From contig CM114271.1 of assembly GCA_050084515.1 (NCBI GenBank), positions 20,088,001-20,152,000 on the forward strand: 64,000 nt of DNA. The letters are read 5' to 3'. Within the stretch, counting starts at the first letter, position 1. The number at the start of each line of letters is the position of its first letter. Shown piece by piece: positions 14,024-26,819 of the stretch. The position numbers and the translations under genes were made by a program. The DNA is from Blasia pusilla (Eukaryota). The notes beneath the pieces are model-generated. The model ran no database searches. It was not told the DNA's origin and saw nothing but the letters and a program-made list of their open reading frames with translations.

Positions 14024-17000
14024 CTAATCATGGATCTGGAAGAAAACTCCATCTTCATTTTTGAAATTGTGAGTGGTGTGATCCACAACCTGCACACATT
14101 CCAGACACAAAATCTTCTGAGTTTGACGACCTTGGGCTGTTGTCCTGTAAACTGTTCAAAGGCCAAGATCTTCAACGAAACAGAAGTCACTGAGGACACA
14201 GAAACAAACCATGTTTGTGTGTAAGGCTCTGGATCAACACTTGGCTGTCTTGAGACAGGGTTTATTCCCCAGCACCCATCTCAGCGCTTGATTGAGTCAC
14301 AAGGTACTGTGTAGCTAAAAATGACTTACTGCTCAGATACAGTTGAACTTGTCAGTTTTCAAGCATCTATCCTAGGTTGGGTTGCAGAAGTGACTATGTG
14401 CTCACATCTACACTGCAGCACATGTCACTGGCCTGCGCATAGCCTCTCATCAGATGGGGACAATTCAGTGGACTGCGTGTCAAGAGAAGTGCTCCTGGTT
14501 AGGGTCAGGAGCTGCCAGTTTACCGAAACGAACTCTCATAAAATCGTTGCAGTGTCTGGATTTTCAAATATGCCCTTTTCCACCGGTTGCCGAAGTGACC
14601 ATGGGGTTGTATCAACTCTTCTGGAGATATCACCTGCCTGTCCAATGGGTCGAACTACCAGTTCCCTCAGATATAGAGTGTTTAGGAGCCAAGCACATTA
14701 AGAGGGATAAGCATGGTGGAGTGACCAGCCCATGTGGACCAATAGGTTGGACGTAAATCTGTGGTTCACAGGGAATACTAACAGTGGCAGTGTTGCATGT
14801 ATTCTTAAGACCACCAAGATCTTGAGAAATTTCTTACTGGATGAAAGCAAAGCTGGATTTGATGCATCCCTTAAATTTGGTGTCAAATTGACTGCTGCAA
14901 ACAAGGGTTGCTCAAATTATTTGGAATATCTGAACGATTGATCTACCATAGTATTAAATGCCCAGTGGAGGTCAGGTTGAAATAAAGCAAAGGCTGCGCA
15001 GGCTGAAATTTGGCAATCAATGGCTGTCAAGTTGTAAGCCCTCACAATGGAACTAAAAGAAAAGCACAATTAGTTCCACTGACACTTGATTTCTTCACAG
15101 AAGAAAAACGATTTTTGAAACCTGTCAGGAGAGTGTCCCTAAAACATTCTCTGAGAACTGCAACATACTTCCTAAGTGTCCTCATTTCCACAAACCATAA
15201 GGCTTTAGAATCCAAGTCTTCATCATGTTAAGGCTATGGGTGTTGGTATGACTGGGTATGACAATTCTTGACCTCGGGGAGGATTCCGCAAAAGGACTTG
15301 ACAGTGGCTATTTCACCTATGCATTGTTGTTGAAACAAGAGTCCCTAGTAAGGTATTATAAAACGAGGAAGAAATAAACACAAGTACTATGTCACATCTT
15401 TGTACATGAGAAGGCTTCTTGAATCCAATATCTTGAAGCTGAATTCGTCTCTGCTCAAACTGCTGGATTAGACTCTGCTCTGGGTATGCTGATGGATCTC
15501 TGCTGAACTTCTTGAAAAGGGTACAGATAGTTAGAATCACAGATGGAATCAATGACTGCGACTTGTTTGTGTATGATGTTCCCAACGGCCCTTCCCTCAT
15601 AAAAATGGAGCGTGCCTGCTGAGCAAACACTTGATAGGCCCTGCTTGCTTCCAATTTGGAATCGACCTGCCCATTGAAGGTTTGGCAAAAGCGAATCTAT
15701 GTGATAAGAACTCATCCTGAGTCCTCCAGCAATTAGTCGGCCCCAATGTTAATAGACTATTGTAGCTCTAACCTGTTGGTATTTTGAGTAAACCTTTGCT
15801 CGAACTTGCAAGCTAAAACCTCTGTCAAATTCCTGAAAGTGTTCCCCCCTACGGACAGTCCTACTCCAAACTCTAGTTCCTGTCAATCCTCTCCACTCAC
15901 ATGAAGACCCACATCCAAAGGTGTTAAATGGAAGTCTTGCAACCAAACCAACTGATTCTGGGCTTTGATGTTTACCATTTTACAGCAACCCTCTTACAGG
16001 TGTTGGGGTCTTCCGAACAGGGAGAGTCCAAAGTTAGTTCTCAGCTTTTATGTCCACTGGTTTCTTGCTTTCAAGAGCAGGAAGTCCTCCACACAGGAAT
16101 ACTATTCCACTTCCGTTTCCAAAAGAGCCTTCATGTCCACTATCTCACCAGCCATCTTCTTTAGAGATCTCAGATCTTCCATGAAGGTAGTTTTCTGATA
16201 ATTCTACTCACACTTGATCGTGTAAATCACTTCTGGGGGCTACATGGAGAATTTTCCGTCTGGTGCTAACCACCAGCCTCTCCGCTATTTAGTTCCTTTC
16301 AAGTTCTGAGATCCTCCATGAAGTAATAATCCTGTTACTCTTGGTTGTAGAAATCATTTGCAGGACTTACATGAAGAGGGTAGTCTCGCTGGTGCTGATC
16401 ACCAGCCTCCAGTAAGATCATCCATATCGACTCCAGAAGTTGAAAATCAGTGCTTCCGAAGATAGGCGATCTCACTGCCAACACTCAGGAAAGATTGATC
16501 AAGGGAAGGCTTCAAGTCATTGAGTGTTCTTGCTTGGATGACACCCATGAAAGAGATTTCTCCCACGGAAAGGGCAAATTACTGCAGTCAAATTAAAGGT
16601 TATAAGTGAAGGGGACACTGAGTCCAAATTAGACGGCACCCATGGGAAAGGGCAAATTTTTTTTTCCCAGGGAAAGGGCAAATTTTTTACTCAACTCAAA
16701 TTAAAGATTCTAAGTGAACGGGGCACTGGAGTCCAAACGATGAGGCGAGTGTGGAGGAGTACAAGAGACACGTAATCTTTGCACCGCTTGATAAATGTTC
16801 ATGAGACAGGGAGTCGAAAAAAGACGACGAAAAGGTGCTGCCAAGGACTTGAAGGAGAAGAAGAAGTCCTCGTGGTGCACTCGACGAGAAGTAGTAGCAG
16901 CACTACTCACATTGGTATCGCTTAGCTCCAGATTGTAGAAATCCATAGCTTCAGCTCTGAAGAAGGGACCAGCATGCCAAGTTCCAACGTGAAGCTTGAG

Positions 17001-18436
17001 AAGTTGAGGACCCGTAATTCGAAAGGCCCGGACATCTTCGGGAGAGGGCTGCGAGTAGGAGTGACCTGACGGAGACTGAATCACCTTCCGGCCTCCACCT
17101 TCACTCTGCTGCGTACCATTGGAGTGAAGCCCTTCGTGCTGCTCACTCTTCACGAAGCTCGCTGGAGCCACCGCCAGATACCAAGTGTGCCCTCCCGAGG
17201 ATCCCAAGCACTGGGTCACTCTTGCGTGATGTGTGATGCTCTCAAAACTCAATTGCCTTCGATTCTCTAGATGCATGATGTAGAATCTGCCACACAAACC
17301 AACAAACTCGATGAGCCTGTTGCGTGGTGGGTAACATTCCCAGAATTCAAGCGCATTGGATCCTCTACATGCATGCACGTGCCTGATGTACAGTCTGCCA
17401 CTCAAATTAAACCAAACCAAGAAAAAAAAATGTCGATGACAGAACTGTACGATACCAGCACATTCTTGAGCATGACGTACGACATTCCCCAAATTCGAGT
17501 GCCAACGGCACTCGAATGCACAACGCAGAGCCTGCCACACAAACCAACAGACCCTCGCCCATAAAGCTTTCCAACACCAGCAAACGGTGCCGGAGATTCG
17601 ACCATTCGAAAGGCTTTTCCCTGTCCCATGAGCTTTCCGGACGCAATGAAAGCACAGACTACTTGTCTGTGCAAATGTAGGGCCTAGAAACAGCAGCAGC
17701 TGGAAACGGTCCACGAGTCCAGAAGAAAGCAGCAGCTGCTGCCTTTCGCCCTTTCGTCCCACAATCCGTAAGCCACTCAATCGACGAACCCAATCCACGG
17801 CCTCGCAAGTCTACATGGGAAAAGACTCTATGTATGCACTCGTAGGGCCTGCTCGCAGAGCTGTGCATTCGGTCTCCGAGCGGAGAAGAAAACAGCTGGC
17901 CGCCCACATTCGCCCGGGAGTCCGTAACTCATTCAATCGATGTTTCCAATCCACAGCCTCACGACTCTACCGTTGGAAATCCCAAAAGCAGACGAAGAAG
18001 AAGAAGGACAGACAGACAGACAGTCCACCCAGTCTCATCGGACACAGACAAACATACACACAGCCAGTCCGTCCAGTCACAGTGACCCGCACTCACAAGC
18101 AGACAGACAGAAAAACAGATAGGCAGACAGACGGACGGACGGACAGCATTTGGGATAGCACCCTACTGATGCGAACTGCTAGCGCTCCTCGCGAAATTCG
18201 AGTTGCCATTGCCATTGCCGGAGGAAGAGGAAGAGGAAAAGGCATAAGGGAGCGATCGAGCGAGCGTGCGTGGTGGGTGGGTACCGGGGTATCCCACGGC
18301 TCAAATCGAGCTGGGCGTCGCTGTCACCATACGAATCCCCATCTCTCGAAGGACTTACGATCTGCCCATACAGCTCGAAGTTGTTGGCTGTGATGTCCTC
18401 CGCTTCCAACACGATTCTCTTCACCTCCTGATCCAT
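14024..18436 (-). CDS. Ureidoglycolate lyase/hydrolase-family (AllA-like cupin) protein, plant type, 3 exons, ~197 aa
   Basis: join(complement 18436-18285, 17286-16911, 14089-14024), GT-AG introns with consistent phase. MDQEVKRIVLEAEDITANNFELYGQIV...AQLDLSRGIPR|FYIMHL...ITHHARVTQCLGS...LKLHVGTWHAGPFF...DFYNLELSDTN|VVDHTTHNFKNEDGVFFQIHD*. Motifs are typical of the plant 'ureidoglycolate hydrolase' family. Confidence 0.92.
18008..18146. repeat. Imperfect (GACA)n/(GACG)n tract in intron 1
   Basis: Multiple GACAGACA and GACGGACG runs. Confidence 0.7.
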
Positions 18437-19949
18437 ACTCTCTCATGGAAGGGCTCCGAAACCTCCACAGAGAGAAAGAATCAATGACAGTATTCGCGCG
18501 ACTCCAGTCACCTCAATCCGTATTCTCTCTCATGCGATGTATCGATGCCCCGCTACGCTTCACAGGCGAACTCCTCCCCTCTCTCTCGGAATTCCTAGCG
18601 GTGGCTTCACAATCCAATTCTGCTGCAGACGACGACGACCGTCGACTTGGGCCTCATGTCTGGGGGACCGAATCGTTCCAGATCGAAGGACGAGTGCAAC
18701 TGAGGAGGAGGAGGACGACGGCGGTCGTTGGTGGCTCCTAATGCCATCCGTAAAGCTCCCGTAAACTCTTTCCCTCCTTTGTTGCATGCACCTGTAGTGT
18801 TCTTCATGCAGACTGTTGGAGTCCGGTTAAGTCGTACAAGCAGATGTGCTCTTTTAATATGGGCGGATTGTAAAATATAGATTTCCTAAAATATAAAGGT
18901 AATATATAAGGCTGCGTTAAGTAACAAATTAAGTTTGAGAATAATAGCCATTCAAATTACCTTGCGATGCACATTTTTAATGCATTATTTTTAGAAAGAA
19001 AGAAAATAAATCTTGAAAATCTGAAGAGAAATTTGAAAAAAAAAACCATAAATAATGTAAGAATGCATGATAAGTTATGGAGTCATCACTCTGCACACCT
19101 TCTTGACTTTGTGAATATTTTCTTGTTTTGTAATTTTTACACTGAAAGGTAATTTCCCCACCTTAACTAATAATTATACTCAAATTTTTAAAGTTTCAAA
19201 TTTTAAGGGAATAAAGAAATTAGTAAGAAACTCGTAAGACTTGTTTAAAAATACATTTAATCCCCCTAATTTTTTGAGGAAGATTACTTTTGAAATGAAA
19301 TAGAAAAATATTTGAAAAAACTAAAGAAATCTAATCTCTAGTCCTAAAAGAATTGAAATATTAAAAATCTTGTCTCCTTTTATGCACATCCTATCTTCTC
19401 CTAACTTAATTACCCCCTCACTGCCTTACTTCATTCTTTCCCTTAAATGGGCATATTTCACTTGCACACCTCTCTTGAAAGGACATGTGTCACCCGGAGG
19501 AGACTACTCTTGTAAGTCCATCCTTTTTAGTAGTATATGTAAACAGAACACCATAGGGGGCAACCAAACAAAACATCAAAGTAAGGTGTTCCGATTGGCC
19601 ACCAATTTGTGTGAAAGAGGTAGTGTTGGTGCTTCGAGTTCAAAGGTAGTCATAGTGGAGATGGTGTCTTGAGGTGGTGAGAAAAATATGGTGTTGTTAA
19701 TGGCCATTGAGTTGAGCAGCACATGGCATGCGGCAACCACTCTTAATAGATGGCCCGCAAGGCCATCTATTAAGAGTGAATTGGCTACCCTTTGTGTTTT
19801 CCTTTTGGATAACACCAAGGGTGTGTTATGTTAGGTTGGGCCCTATGGTGTGGTGTTGGTTGGTGGTGTGGTGTTGTACCCCATGGGGTTCATGTTGGAA
19901 TATTGGGAGGAGTTGGCCTGCTATTAATCGGATGGGTAGTCACGTAGTG

Positions 19950-21220
19950 GCCATGTTAGTGGTTTGCCAATACGTGTGATTGGTAGTGTTAGTGATGTGC
20001 GTTGATGTGTGGTGGCAACTGTTGTAGCATAGATTTTGGTGTTCAGTGAGGTGGTTGATATGTTAGATGATATGTGGGGTGAGGAGTTAGATGATATGTA
20101 GGGTGGTGAGGACCATGTTGTGCAGGTGGTGCCACTTGGGGTGATGTCGCGTGTGGATTGGGGGCCAATGGTGGGGTTAAGTAAAGGTGTTGCAACATAG
20201 TGTGGAGTGATACGTTCTCCACACCTCAAATGAGGTCATCATGGGAAGTTGTGACATTGTAATTGTGGGACCATTGACATTGGTACCCTTTGATGCATAT
20301 GTGGAAGTCTTCAATGGATATTCATGAGAGTAATATGTGCATGGTGATAATGTTGCCATGAGAGAAGCGGATGTTATTGTCAATTGGTATGGACAAAGAT
20401 GCAAAGTGGGGATGAGACTCATATCAATGTTGTGGTTTAGCATTGCGACATTTGATGTTGGGAGTGTGTGATGCTAGACTAGCCTTTGTGGATGACATGT
20501 GATGGTTGTAGGTGCACAACCCAATCGGGTGCGTTGGTAGTTTGCGAATCTGGTAGATGACGTGCTTTATGCCACCCTTGAATGTTGGTTCCCTAGGATG
20601 ATGGTTATATCATAGATGATCAATAGATTGTAAAGTGGCGACTAATATTGGGATGAGCAAGCACATAGCATTATGATCTAAGCATCAAAAAGTTGCATGT
20701 TACTTTCGACATGGGGGTTGACTATCTTGGGTTGGATGGACCCAACGACCAGCTAGGGGGACGATTGTGTGCCCTCGTTGATGGTGTATATATGGATGTG
20801 AATGACGTTTTGGCCTCCCTTGTCAACATGTGTGCACAGATCACCCTTCAAGAGATTTCTTAGAACCTTCTTGGAAGTTCTTGATTTTTGGAACTTGATG
20901 TGCATGTGAAGATGACATGTGTGCACAAATCACCTTCTTGGAGTCTTAGAGGTCTTCAGAGGGGTATATCCCAAGGGGAGTCTTACATAGATTCATCTTT
21001 TTAAAGTTAAGCCCTCCAAGGAAGGCTTATTCTCATACATAGGGAGATATGATTCTCATGCAAAGAACCACCTTTCCCTCCATCTCTCCCTCATTTGCAA
21101 AACATCTTCTTCCCACTCCCCATTTGGAAACTCCCAATTTTCCACACCCTCCACATGTCCCATTTGGAAACCTCCCATCACCTCCCTCCTCTACTTAAGG
21201 AACCCCCTTCAATGTGAAAT
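19950..21220 (+). mobile_element. Highly decayed 3' end of a PHD-gypsy element (PHD remnant, PPT, partial LTR)
   Basis: ~20550-20620 translates W*MTCFMPPLNVGSLG*WLYHR (compare GWHMACLTPPLTRVPQGRWMYPR). Conserved GACTAA...GGGA tail. PPT CTAGGGGGACGAT at 20753-20765, then TG. Boundaries approximate. Confidence 0.65.
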
Positions 21221-23751
21221 AAAGGTTTCTATTTGTTAGTCCCAACTATGACACATCTATCTATGGAGAGCACTCCGAAAGTGCTAAGTACCAATAGCTT
21301 GCAAGAACAAGTGAGGAGCCTCCCAATGGCAAAATGCGGAAGCTGAAGTTCAAAACTTGTAGTCGAAAACAACGTGAACGAAATCTGACTGCAATACGAT
21401 GTGGCGGCAGTAGTGGGATCGAATCTGCACATAGTGTACGCGTATGAGTAATCTTTGGTGGAAATGCGAGGGAGGGAGGGAGGGAGGGAGGCAGAGAACT
21501 GTTTAGGAAAGGAAATGAAGGATCGGAAATAGTCCGGTGCTTGACCACTAGCCGGGGAACAGCTGCACTTGTGAAACTCGTGTTCGGCTCGAAATGGAAA
21601 GTCTGCGTTGGAATTATGCCTGGCGCAGATGATTGAGATGCTGCTTATATAAGAATGTATTTCCTAGCTCGGTCTGAATTCAACGGATTGTACGTCCGAT
21701 TTTCCTGTGGCCGCTGCGGATCTCATCTCTCAGAGAAAGGCATTTCCGAAGGTGCTCATTCAGCGAGATAAAGGAAACAGTACTGGCGCAACCTGCACCG
21801 CTCAGTTCAGTGTCTGCAGACGTTTGCGCCGAAACTCCTCGAGTCCTCGGCCCGAAAAGCGGGATCAATCAGGTCAGAAGCCGTGCTTATTACCACTCGC
21901 TGCATAGACAAGGTACTACTATGTGGTCATCATTGTCTCGGCGCACATTCTACAGCAACGAGCAAACCTGGGGACACTTATGATGAGGGGAAAACAGGAG
22001 AAGACGTAGAATAAAGCTCTGATCTACGTATACGCCGGAAACCTCGTTCGCATTGATGGAAAGCGTTGATAACTATGTTCGAGTTTCTCGACACTACACT
22101 TTCGCAAGTCGGACACGCTCCTTCCGCTGTGCGCTCTTTGTGCTTGAGAAGAAGTAAGCTTTCTCCGCTAGGGTCGGCTCTCTCCCGTCTGGATGTCGAC
22201 AATGACTCCCTAAATGTTCCAACGCCTCCACGTACCGATGTGTCGGGATGTCCAGTGGAACCTTCACATGTTAGGCAAATATGTCTACAAATTAGTAAAA
22301 CCTCATTCGTAGGTCGACTGGAATCTTGGCTGATTAGGTCTTTCAAAGAGGAAGAGTTGGAGTCGAGCTCGGGGGCATAGCTTTAGTAACCATCTTCTGC
22401 CAGATTCGCATGGTGGAACACATACCGTGAGTACCTTTCATCCTCCACCCCAACGTCAACAGTAAAACTGGAGCATAATGGTGCGCCTACCACAAAGAAG
22501 GAAGACATGTGGAAGTGTTCAGTAGCAGAGGTACATCTTGGACGTTGGATCGCAATTCGGATTTTCGTACGAAACTTCTGTTTTGACTCTGATTTAATGG
22601 CAAACGCTTCATCGGTCGTGAGATGGCAAGACAGAGGGATACAACGTTTGACGCGTCTCTCATGTCGGTAGACCATAGCGCAGGTATCGCAAGAACTGCG
22701 AGCAAACTCGGATTCAGTGTGTTTGGTACACGGTGACTACGGAAGATTCATACTACGCTCTCATCACAACTGGAAGCCTGATGGTAATCAGGATTCAACC
22801 GCATCCGTTCAAATCTGTCTAATAGAGTCTCAGTAGCTCCATTCCATTCCACTTTCACTTCACTTCACATACATTCATTTATTCAACTAGACCGCAATTG
22901 CAACCAAAATCTCCTGTTGGCCTCCCGGCGACGGTCGGTTCACAATAAGAGTCGTGAGTTAATCAGCCATGACAATCCCGAGCTTTCCAGTCCTTTCACG
23001 TGCGAAGTAGTATCTCTGGTGTTTCAGTGTATTGACAACACATCGGACAAACCCCGTAGGGCCCATGACTTCCATTTTCTGACTACGCAGAGCTGCGTCC
23101 TCAGAATCTGATCACTTCACTTGTCTACTGAGCTCGTGGATGTTGGAGAGCGTGCGGACAACCATGAGAAAGACGATCCTCGGGATCAATCATTTACAAG
23201 CAAAGAAAGCAGGCATGTCTGCCTGACTGCCCACCCCTGGCTCGACTTTGAGCACAACAACAGCAAGGCAGTGAGTCGGATTGTCATGCCTTTGAATCGT
23301 CACCACCATTCATAGCTCGCCAGATACCCAAATTCCCAGTTGCAGACGGGCAAGCACATGTCTTGCAATGGGTTGAGTTTGGAATTCAGTGTCGACGTAC
23401 ATCGATGTGCAGCTTTCTGATATGTGTGGATTGCCAGGAGGACAAGAGATTTAAGGATGGACCCAGAACGAATTGCCCGAAGCCTGCCTGCCCTCCACAT
23501 AGCCCATGAGTACAGTTGAGAACTTGGAAGCTGGAAACGATTAGTTGCCAACAAACCCACTCACGAGCTTTCAGTCCGCCCAAGTTGGATGATGGTGATG
23601 ATGTAGAAGCTCCAATCACAACAACCGCTGAGGTGATGATCAATACACCCTGGCAGCATGAGGAGTTGCTCAAAGGTCCTTGGCTGGATTTCTAATCAAG
23701 AAGGAAACTCCAGTGACACAGATGATTGCCAGAAGGGGCTCGGCTCTGTAG

Positions 23752-26700
23752 TCAGTAGTAGTCCCTCTTAGATGCTGCTTCAGTTGGGCCACGACTGCGC
23801 ATGTATTGAGGAGGTTGGCTAGTTTCCATTCCCCCTACTTGTGAACACACACTGGTTGCGACGACCGAATCCCATCGAGCAGATTCTCTTCGCTGATAGC
23901 CGGAGCTTTCATGCGCGTTAGAAACTATCTCACCGTACGAGAGTCCAGATTCATTTGGGCCGACACCCGCCCAATTGCCTGATGACGAATCTGAGCTTCT
24001 CGTCGACAAGCTGCTGGATGAACATATTGGAGAAAGGGAAGTAGAGATGGGGCCAGTACACTTCAAGCTAGAAACACCGCCAAATCCACCAGCAAAACCT
24101 CCAAGCACTCTTCGTGGTGCGATTTGATCATATGTGACTGCTTTATTAGTGGTTGACTCCCAATTGTCTAGAAGTTCTGGATAAAAAATACTCCACAACT
24201 GCCGAGACAGGGAGGTTCTGTAGGAGATAAAGAACTGGGGTCGAGTTCCACTCCCATTGATTTCCTCCAGTAGCCAGACGGGCAAGGACGAGAGAAACCC
24301 CTTCCTTGAAGAGCGGTCAAGAAAGTAGGCCAACCCAAGTCCCAATAAGTGGCCCCCAAACGCGAAACACATGATCTGAAGCCGGATTCGACTGTTAAAG
24401 CCTTTACTCATGATAGCTATGATCTGTGCTCCACAACCGATGCTCCTGGCCTGAAGATGCGAGCTGCAAATATGGTGCAACAATCATTAAATGGGTGAGA
24501 TGGATTCATGGGGTCCCAAAACCCTCAGAATAAAGAGGGTCCCTCGGAAATGCTGCCTAAAGTTTACCGACTCCCAGAGCTGAATCGAGGAGAACTGGAC
24601 GTTCAGCAAACTACATTTCACGAACGACAGACCTACACACCAAGGCTGACTGACACAAGAGAGCCCACGATTCACTACATACTCACAGATAAGAGTAGAA
24701 TGGTAAGACTTTCATGAAAGACATCACACTCTACGTACACGTCCACACTCTCCGATCCAAGTTCAACTGTCAACAAACACAGGCCGAACATACAGTGTTC
24801 GAATCCACTCACGTAAATGGGACCCGATGAAGAAAGCTCATAAACACGTTCACAAATACCACCTCCGTGACGATGTACTTGATTTCCTGCAAATGCACAC
24901 ACATTGGACCACCCCTCTTAGAAGTAAGATAGATTCCAATGGGTATTAAACTACGTTATCACTCCGAACCTTTGCTTCTTTCCCCACCTCCTCCTGACAA
25001 TTCTTTCATCACTGGTACAACCAGTAGCATGGGTGAGTCCACCTACCTTCTCCTGTGAGAAGCTTCCAGTCCCTGCCCGTCTAGGACCTACAATTAATCG
25101 ACCAGGAGACTGGCCACCGCCATTGAAGCAGCAGCTAAGAAAAAAGCAAACTGAGATCATGAGGCCACTTACGCTCGTGTTCATCGAGAGCTTCACACTC
25201 TCCCAAACCCAGAGCAACACTACCAGATACTTCAATGTAGCGCCACGATTGCTCTTGTACCTGCACAAAATTCCAGCTACAGTGAGAAGACCTCTCAGCA
25301 AGGCGGCTGGATGGTCAACTCCTTTAGTGGAAAGATACGGGAAATCCAACGCTGCGAACTGTTGCGTAATCCCTTGAAGTTCACGAAACCATTTCCTGAT
25401 ATCCGGCACCATCTGAGATTCCAGTCACGATCTCGGAGTTGGCGCGCGATCAGTTCTCTTTCCGAGACTCAAAAAACGTGGAAACCGACTTCTTTAGAAA
25501 TCGACGGGGACGTCAGCAAACATACACTGTAGTTTGTAACGGAAGAAACCTCATGACGAGAAGTTAAGTCACCCGAAGCAACAAAAAGTGCAGCAGCAAC
25601 ACTCGGAAACTAGCTTACGGTATTACTCTTACTACTGTGTGCATCTCGGGGAGGGCCGTACCATTGTGGAAACATCAACTGCACGGCCAATACGGCCACA
25701 CAGACAACTGCAGCACACATCGCCCATAGCTCGCAGAAGGTGAGCTCTGACTCGCTTGCAGGCGACACAGTCCGCTGCCAGATTCCGAGAAACAGTCGTT
25801 AGAACGCTGAGTAGTGTAGCGCAATTCTGAAAGATAACCTCATCGCTTTTTTCTCTAAGATATCGCAACTGCAAGAAACCCACAGCGTCCGGGGGTTCAA
25901 GGCTTGCCGGATGCAGATGTAGCGCTCGCTGCAATACATCCTTCCAAAGACCAGCGGAAGCCATGGCAAATCGCTACGGCTTGCTGCCATGGAGATCCAG
26001 CTAAACCCACTCGCCCTCCCTTCCCTTGCAGGCCTGCATCCATCGAAGTATCCTATTCCAAAATTGACTACCAGACCCGATATCGCGCGGGCATTACCAC
26101 CCTCCGCCCTCCCTACGCCATCTACTACATTTCCTCGTCTGTTGGAGGATTGCAAGGACTGACAACTGCGAGGACCTGACAGAGAGTGCGCACCCGCTGG
26201 CTCACATCGTCTTGATCATTGGGACGCAAAACCTCACAAACATGCAGTATTTTTTTCCTGTGACCCACGGATGTTACGAAAGCAGTGATCTTTCTCCGGA
26301 GTGACAACGTACCATGGGACCGCACGGTTGACATGTAGACTGTAGCGTCCTCCATACCATTTCAAGGTAGGTGACGGGATCAGGACTGTGGGGGGGAATG
26401 TATACCTTCCAGTCCAAATTTTCCGGGCTCCAAAGGCGCCCAACTGTGATAGAGAGGTGTGGCATGCACACAGCAAGCTTGAGAAGGACAGGAAGGTGAT
26501 CGTAATTGCCCGCGTTGGTGGTAGACTTCAGTCGATAGGCCGCTTCGAGTCGCTGACTGTTGAACTTCAAAGACCACCGATCCAAATGGGTAGGAGGAGC
26601 CCGCACTGCCTGCCTCACAGCGCCGGCAGCGGCCACAGCTGCTTGTAATTGGGCATCTCCTTCTCGTTCTGCCTCGTTCGCTGCATTCCGCACTCGCTCG

Positions 26701-26819
26701 TAGAGCTCTCTCTCCTGTTCGGTTATCCCTCCGCAATACTGCTCCCTCCAACAGCTCGGCGGCGGTGCCATCTGCATAATGTGGCTTTCTGTTGTACCTT
26801 CAATTTCGTAGTACAGCAT
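23752..26819 (-). CDS. Uncharacterised multi-pass membrane protein (~470 aa) with adenylyl-cyclase-membrane-anchor-like motifs
   Basis: Hand-built model: complement exons 26819-26406, 25774-25662, 25260-25173, 24886-24813, 24556-24523, 24450-23752, all GT-AG and in phase. Reads RWSLKFNSQRLEAAY...LWAMCAAVVCVAVLAVQLMFPQW|YKSNRGATLKYLVVLLWVW...|EIKYIVTEVVFVNVFMSFLHRVPFT|QHFRGTLFILR|...LLGLGLAYFLDRSSRKGFL, then a Ser-rich tail. Exon 1 donor and last acceptor are less certain. AATAAA on the minus strand near 22880. Confidence 0.75.

Noticed and set aside
15120-15232. Possible intronic C/D snoRNA (ATGATGA...CTGA on the minus strand)
   Set aside because: Weak terminal stem and no recognisable rRNA antisense element; expected by chance.
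14090-16910. LINE retrotransposon in intron 2
   Set aside because: No endonuclease or RT motifs found on manual translation of the part examined.
16710-17798. 362-aa ORF as a single-exon gene
   Set aside because: Only 17286-16911 is coding (exon 2). The rest is open intronic sequence.
21229-22705. Short ORFs and a TATA-like motif at ~21645 as an additional gene
   Set aside because: No recognisable domain or consistent splice model. May be non-coding transcribed DNA.
25632-26155. ORFs 25632-25964 and 25799-26155 as coding exons
   Set aside because: The phase-consistent hydrophobic exon (25774-25662) is in another frame. An extra exon here cannot be excluded.
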